A DNA stretch of 54,967 nt, filler included, from Trypethelium eluteriae (lineage: Eukaryota), in assembly GCA_051942245.1 (NCBI GenBank). It is 4 parts of 4 records of this genome, joined end to end, with 100 filler letters (N's around TTAATTAATTAA, not from the genome) between each part and the next. Parts side by side here need not be neighbours in the genome. Positions count along the whole stretch, not along the records: positions 41,322 to 54,967 come from JAVECL010000723.1; 3 more parts are not named here. One strand, 5' to 3'. The position numbers were made by a program, and so were the translations under genes. Below, in pieces: positions 48,901 through 54,967 of the stretch; positions within the stretch are counted from its first letter, which is position 1, and each line of letters begins with the position of its first letter. Below the pieces are notes generated by a model. It was not told the DNA's origin. It was given only the letters and a program-made list of their open reading frames with translations, and searched no databases.

Positions 48901-51845
48901 CGCCGTAAAGGTTCCCGGCTGCAGGACAATAAGTAATGGTCTGAGTCACCGGCGAGCTTGAAGTATTAGTATACATAGACCTGGTACTGGCCGTGATAAA
49001 CGGTGCCGTAGTCGTCGTTGTCAATGGCACAGTGTCGACACGAGTAGTGTTGGTGAATCTCTCCCCTCCAAGAGTAGAATTACCCGTTGGACCTGTCGAC
49101 CCCGTGGGCTTGGGCTTTCTTGTCCTTGTTTTCCTTGTACTGGTTTTGGGCTGCCTTGAAGCACTGGTGCCGTTGCCGTTGCCATGTCCAGTTGGGTTCA
49201 CACTGTTAGTGTCATATGATGTCGGGGCAGAGGTCTGCGTAGTCGTAGTATCCGACACGGGCACAAATGTGCTTGTTGTGAAATGAGTTGATGTGCTGCT
49301 TGTGGTGTTATAGCTTACTGTAGTGTTTAAGAACGTAGCATCGGTAGTGCTGACAACCGTGGGACTTGTCAAATTTCTCGAAATCGCAGAGGAAGGCCCA
49401 TCCGTTGGATACGTAAAGGGCACTAAAATTGTACTCGTGTTGTAAACTGCTGTCGCAGTCAAGACCGAAGCGTTGGTAGTACTGACAATAGCTGGAGTCG
49501 TAAAGTTGTCCGAAATTGTCGAAGGTCTACCCGTTGGGTACGTGATGGGTGTCTCATCTGCAGTCGTATTGTAGACAGCTGTGGTATTTGGGAAGGGAGC
49601 TATTTCGGTGCCAGTCACAGTCGTGCTCGTGGCGTTCTTCGGAACTGCAGAAGAAGGTCCGTCAGTTGGATAAGTGAAGGGCGTTGCATTGGAAGACGCG
49701 TTGGAGACAGCTGTAGTATTCGGTAACGGACCCTCACCAGTGCTGGATAGAACTGGACTTGTGAAGTTCTTGGAGATTGCAGATGTGGGCCCGTCCGTTG
49801 GGTGCGTGACCTGAACTGTAGTATTGTGGGTACCGGTGGTATTTGACGATGGAATCTCGTTCGTGCTAGTCACAGTCGGGCTTGTATAGTTTTTCGGAAT
49901 TGCAGAGGTAGGCCCACTCGTTGTGTATGGGGGAGGTACACTTGTGGTATTTTGGCCAGTCGTCGTGTTCGAAAATGGGATGCTAGCTGTGCTTATCGCA
50001 CTTGGGTAGGTAGAGTTCTTCGCAATTCCGGATGTAGGCTCGCCCGTCGTATTGTAGCCAACAGTGGCATTTGAAAGCGGAACACCGGCAGTGCTAGTTG
50101 TAGCGGGATATGTGAAATTCTTCGAGACTGCAGATGAAGGTCCGGCCGTCGGATATGGTGATGCGGCGTCCGTTGTCACGTTGTATCCAATCGTGGTGTT
50201 CACTGACGAAGGCCTGGTAGTTGGATCTGATGGTGTCGCATCTGTTGTCACGTTGTATCCAATCGTGGTGTTCACTGATGAAGGTGTGATAGTTGGGTAT
50301 GACGGTGTCGCATCTGTTGTCGCATTGTAGCCAGTCGTGGCGTTTACAGGAGGAACGTCAGTACTGCTAGTTGTAGCCGAATGTGTGAAGTTTTTCGAAA
50401 CTGCAGACGAAGGCCCAGCCGTCGGATATGGAGACGTTACGTCTGTTGTCAAATTGTAAGCAGCCGTCGTGTTCGTGAACGTGGGTTCAGTGGTCGGATC
50501 TGACGGTGGCGGCGAAGTTGTCGCATTATGACCAACCGTGGTATTCGCAGACGAAGGTTCAGTTGTCGGATGTGACGGTGTCACATTTGTTGTGGCGTTA
50601 TAACCAACCGTGGTATTCAGAGAAGAAACGTCAGCAGTGCTGGCTGTAGCTGGATACGTAAAGTTCTTGGAGACCCCGGAAGACGGCCCGCTTGTTACGT
50701 ATGTGAAGTTTTGCGAGGTTCCAGATGCGGGATCAGGTGTCGGAGTTGGGGACGGCACACCCGTTGTCGTATTGTATACTGCCAGAGTGGTCGACAACGG
50801 AACATCAGTGATGATAGACACAGATGTATTTGTGAGATTCTTCGAGATCGCAGAACTAGGCCCCGCTTGAGTATCCGTTGTTTGATTGGACGGTGGATAG
50901 ATCACGGAAGTTGTGGTAGAGGGCTGCTCTGATGTAGTACCGGAACCCGGAGACGCCACTGGCTGGGATGTACTGGACACAGTACCATTATAGAACGGAA
51001 CTGAGCTAGTGGTAATAGGTTCAGACAAGCCTGTTGTGTTCGAGTGGTGATGGGTGGTATGCTTTACGGAATCGGAATTCGCAACGGTACTAGTGGTGAT
51101 GTTGTAATCAATGTGTTTTGTCGGCCTGATAGAGGTAGAGTTTTCCTTGATCGTGCTAGGATAATGAACGAATGTGGTGGTCTCAGTAGTAGTTGAAATC
51201 GTAGATGCGGTCAAGTTCGTCGATGGATTCACTGAGCACAAGGTACAAGAATGGGAACGCGAAGGTCCAGCAGTTGAGCTCATAGGCGTACCCGCTGAAG
51301 TAGTCGACGCTGTGATAAGAGGTACTGTATAATTTGAGGGCCCAGGGGTAGAGACTGTAGAGCTGTAGACCGAGGTTCCCGGTACTAAGTGAAAGGATTC
51401 TGTAGAAAGAGATGCCGGGATAGTCGTGCTGTGGATAGAAGTGCCATTCGTCGTGGATGCTGACGGCCATATTGTTGATGAGCTGGCAACACTCGTGCTC
51501 AGAGATGATAGGACGCTCGAAGTACAGCTCTTGTTACAGCAATCATTCGAGCCTGATGGACAGTTCGGACAACACCCTGCCTTGCCAAACGCGGCGGACA
51601 TGTGAAATTTATCGATCGTCTGGCCATCCGGCACGTCAATGTGTATATTGACATCATTTCCGTCGTCTCCAGGGGTATCTGTCGATGTGGTCAACGAAAA
51701 GGATCCATCAGAAATCACAATAAATGCAACGTTGATCATGGGTATCTTTACCATATCCCTTTTCGATTGGATGGCGTGAACCTGCTGCCCAGCCGATATT
51801 TGAGGCGACAAGCACCTTGAGAAGAACGGCAGACCGCATCTTCAT
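45977..51845 (-). CDS. Very large Ser/Thr/Pro-rich GPI-anchored cell-surface mucin/adhesin-like protein (~1930 aa)
   Basis: Exon 1 51845-51752 encodes a signal peptide (MKMRSAVLLKVLVASNIGWAA). Intron 51751-51679 (GTAAAG..TTGAC..CAG) joins in frame to the long ORF. Dense N-x-T sequons; C-terminal GPI signal GGAGLLSARSGFVMMVAGLVAVTMGI. Confidence 0.9.
46380..46700 (-). repeat. Coding repeats PPTSGPATT/PSxPP in the mucin C-terminal stalk
   Basis: About six xPTSGPAT(T/I) units visible in the translation. Confidence 0.85.
49300..50880 (-). repeat. Coding tandem repeats in the mucin (GPSSAxSKNFT...NTTxxYNxTT units, including a near-exact 72-bp duplication at ~50170-50300)
   Basis: About nine GP[ST]SA[VI]SKN[FL]T units interleaved with 24-aa GYNxTTD units in the translation; GTTGTCACGTTGTATCCAATCGTGGTGTTCACTGA occurs twice, 72 bp apart. 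Confidence 0.9.
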
Positions 51846-53677
51846 ACAGGAGTCAGCTGCTCTATGATATCCAAATCATCAGACGCCGACCAGGAATCCA
51901 AAACGAGCGGCAATGAAGAGGCGCAGCGGATTTGAGAATACGAAGGAAAGTGCAGGAACGAGCGACAGGTTTCTTCCAAGGAGGAGAAGAGATTGCAGTG
52001 CTGAAGTAGGGTGGTTGAGACGTTGACCTTGACAAGCTGTTGAGGGTAGCTCCGGCTGGTACAGCGGGTATGTGCGCCATGGTCGGGGAATATTGATTAC
52101 CTATTGTTGTCGATACTGCGTTGTCGCTGCGAAGTTTAAGTCCGCAGTACTTGCTTGTGCCATGATTCGCAAGACTTGAAGTCGCAAGCTACTTTTGGCA
52201 GTAGCGATTTGGTTGCTGTGTCTGGCACTCGGCAGGCATTGTACGTGACTTCCTCGATCTTTCTAGCACGATAATTGAGCATGCTTTTAAGTGACGAGAT
52301 CGCCAGATTGACGTTATCTTCAATGAGAGATAAGAACTCTTATATTATGCTGCGTCCGCGTTGCGTTTGATGTAGTAATTCCGTAGTAATTCCTAGAGAA
52401 TAAGGGGAAATCGTGCTAGCCGGACCGGCCCGTACTGCTCATGAACTACCAAATGAAGATGAGATGCAATTCGGCAATGCGGCCAATGGATTCATCCCCC
52501 ACCCCTCGAAAGTTCCCGAGTTCATATATTGATTGAGTAGTGTGACTAACTCCCATGGTCGTCCATTTCGAGGAATGGTGGCCGTACCAGAGATTCGACC
52601 GAGATATGGAGTCGCGCTTGCAAGACCATTGTAGCTAATTTCATCAGAGATAATAGTGGCAGCCAGGGTGGTCAGACGCTCGCCTAAACGCACTGAAGCC
52701 GTTAAATTAGACTCTGGCGCACCTTCGTCGGAGCAGCCGCCCGCAAAGGCCAATGCAGCTCTGGCCTGCATTTGGATTCGGTCTGCAAGTTGAGGCAAGG
52801 TCGGCCTTCCACACAATCTGTTCAAAAGAAATTTTTTCCCCTCATCCTCCTTTCCTCGCTAGAATTCTTTTGCAGAGACAAGCAATAGTCAGGAACAGAT
52901 TCTGCATATCTTTTCTCGTTGCGATATGACTTTCGGTCGGGCGGAAAGCTCAAAGATGTGAGTACCGCGATTTCGTCTTGTCGCAACCTGAGGACTTTTT
53001 TCGAACGATTCGCGCTTTCCTTTGCCGTCAGAGCATTTAACTCTTTTGCCAATGGAGCTAATGAAATTTTTAGAGCAGCGTCCTCGTCGCCAAAAATCAA
53101 CTCACCGATTCCAAATGTGGTGAAGAATGACCCGCTATCCGGCATTCTTGCCAGGAAGGAATCCAGCAGCACAGAAAGTTCAACGCTGAAAGAAGACATA
53201 GATCGAATAGACTCAGTAATGAGCGATGAAAAAGCCAGGAAAGACGGGAATGTTGGTGCTCTTGAAAGCAAGCGCACGCCGCCAAAAGGCATTCAAAACA
53301 AGTTGGTTGATCTCCCACCCGCTACATACGTGGTGCGCATGACCATTCAAGATAAGCGCAGGGCTCGAAGTAAGTCTGAGATGACAAAGGTAGTCCGCTC
53401 GTCCAATTCAGAACTGACATGATACAGCCGATACGATTGACATTGGATTCCATAAGAAGTCAAAGTGAGGGAATTGAAAGAAAACGGGGCTGCACTTCTG
53501 AGACTTCCTTCCATCGAAATATTATTCGTCAACTTCCAGTCATGTGAATATACACTAATACGAGCAGTAAGGTGTTGGTGTAGGCATCTGCTGGATACAT
53601 CCATGGGCGACATCTGGAAGAACTTTGGGTAGAGACGTTGTAACGGATACCCATTTCTCCAATCTCTCGTACTGCGA

Positions 53678-54415
53678 TTAGAATGGCGATTCAAACTGGC
53701 ACCATCTCCCGACTACTTGTCCAATCTTCACTGTCCTACCAACCCATCCTCTTTCGCCAGCGCCGAAGCTTTTCGTAGTCACGTTTAGAATAGAAAGATC
53801 TTCTTCCCAAGGATCAACAGTTGCATGCTCGGCGTGATATAGTGGAGCTTCTGACGTTGTTTCCTCGTCTTGCCTATCTATGTCTTCATCCGGGTTTGCA
53901 TTGTTAGGAGTATTAGGAATCGAGCACTCGCCTATGACAAGCCGTCTGTTGGTCTTTGATGCAGCCTCTACCATTGCGGCAAAGGCTCGACTTAAGCCTT
54001 GTGCAGAGTATGCAGAGGTCTCACGGTGGAGTGCAATTGGGTTAACGACGACTAACATCGGAACTCGCGCTGGTCTATGACTGGCTCGAGGACCAACCTG
54101 TGCATTTGTCCCATGATTTGAATCTGGGGTGGATTGGGTGATGTAAGAACAGAGCCATGCCTGTAGAACTTGCACTGATGGACAGTATGCCATATTGATT
54201 GCACGAGACGCTTTGAGTAATTGTAGTGTCGGCGTCAACAAATCATGCGAGTTCTCATTGCGCTGCCGTCCCTCCACTGACTGAAGTAGACTACGTAGAA
54301 ATACCTCTCGAGAAGAGCATACTAATATTGTAGTCGGCTCTGCGTGCCTCTGGAGCACGTATTCCAGTAGGAGCAGTAGGGATACTGGACGGAGCACAAC
54401 TGGGACTTGAGGCAT
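53678..54415 (-). CDS. Conserved fungal hypothetical protein (possible divergent RecA-fold / Shu-complex-like)
   Basis: Intronless 245-aa ORF with alternating beta/alpha pattern (TTILVCSSREVFL, MAYCPSVQVLQAWL, LVVVNPIALHRETSAYSAQGLSR, WVGRTVKIGQVVGRW). Head-to-head with AP-3 beta. Confidence 0.8.
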   Translation of the reverse strand: MPQVPVVLRPVSLLLLLEYVLQRHAEPTTILVCSSREVFLRSLLQSVEGRQRNENSHDLLTPTLQLLKASRAINMAYCPSVQVLQAWLCSYITQSTPDSNHGTNAQVGPRASHRPARVPMLVVVNPIALHRETSAYSAQGLSRAFAAMVEAASKTNRRLVIGECSIPNTPNNANPDEDIDRQDEETTSEAPLYHAEHATVDPWEEDLSILNVTTKSFGAGERGWVGRTVKIGQVVGRWCQFESPF

Positions 54416-54697
54416 TGCGAAGTAGTATTTCTCCCGTAGAAGTGAACCTTTAGTTCGTCTGAAGCTGTGTAAAACTGTTTTGGTCCAATGCTGGATGATT
54501 CTCTGATTGGAACAGACATAACGAAGTTAAAATCGGTACGGGAGTTTCCAACGTCACCGACAAGCGGCCGACATCAAAACAACCCACTATGAGACTTTTC
54601 AGAACAGAATATAGTCGCGTGACCAATAGGTGCCTGGCACTCGCTCATTGATTGATCGGTATAAATCCCAAGGCTCTTATGCTGCGTTTCAACCGCC

Positions 54698-54967
54698 ATG
54701 GAGTCCATGTCTAGAATATCCAGCATGCTGGAAACAGCTAGAGACCTCACACTCGAAGCATCATCCTCCGTCCGCAAATCCTCCAACCGGCCTATACCCG
54801 CCCAACAACTCAAGAAGCTCCTCGACAGCCGAAATGAGCGAGAAGTACTCGATGCTCTCCGCAAAGTCATCGCCGTAAGTTTTTCCCCCCTCCTTTCTCT
54901 TTTCCTACCCTCGTCCGTAAAACCCCTCCCTCAAACCCCTCTAACCAACCCCTCACAGATGCAATAC
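54698..54967 (+). CDS. APL6: AP-3 adaptor complex beta subunit, 5' end
   Basis: MESMSRISSMLETARDLTLEAS...LKKLLDSRNEREVLDALRKVIA, intron 54875-54958 (GTAAGT..CTAAC..CAG), then MQY. This is the typical Pezizomycotina AP-3 beta N-terminus. Confidence 0.9.
   Translation, partial: MESMSRISSMLETARDLTLEASSSVRKSSNRPIPAQQLKKLLDSRNEREVLDALRKVIAVSFSPLLSLFLPSSVKPLPQTPLTNPSQMQY

Noticed and set aside
3473..54967. AP-2 beta and AP-3 beta in one window suggesting a trafficking gene cluster
   Set aside because: They are separated by three artificial joins, so physical linkage is not established.

Overview
This is gene-dense DNA from a filamentous ascomycete: short GT-AG introns with CTRAC branch sites and fungal-type proteins. 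The window is not contiguous. Three identical 100-nt spacers (44 N + TTAATTAATTAA + 44 N; 13703-13802, 27470-27569, 41222-41321) join four contigs and truncate several genes. About 23 protein-coding genes can be supported: an enoyl-CoA hydratase, an uncharacterised MGQRHQ/LRR protein, AP-2 beta, EMC4, MCD4/PIG-N, SRP receptor beta (partial), UBP12-type deubiquitinase, a retropepsin-like protein, an IAH1-like SGNH esterase, a CLC channel, ISY1 (partial), a secreted PI-PLC-X protein, IDI1, a GNAT, a UIM-bearing C-terminus (partial), an Arg82/Ipk2 kinase (partial), a La-motif/Arb1 fusion, a ~1930-aa GPI mucin, AP-3 beta (partial) and several hypotheticals. I saw no rRNA, tRNA, CRISPR array or intact transposon. 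Best leads: (1) a DDI1/retropepsin-like domain with Cys in place of the catalytic Asp, beside UBP12; (2) a probable non-AUG (ACG) N-terminal extension of UBP12 carrying an NLS-like KKRK and a YIPPHL motif; (3) a La RNA-binding motif fused to the Argonaute chaperone Arb1; (4) an enzyme-like MGQRHQ/DNNDG domain fused to LRRs; (5) recurrent strand-symmetric C-rich-to-G-rich islands. All family assignments come from recognising motifs by eye; no database search was run.
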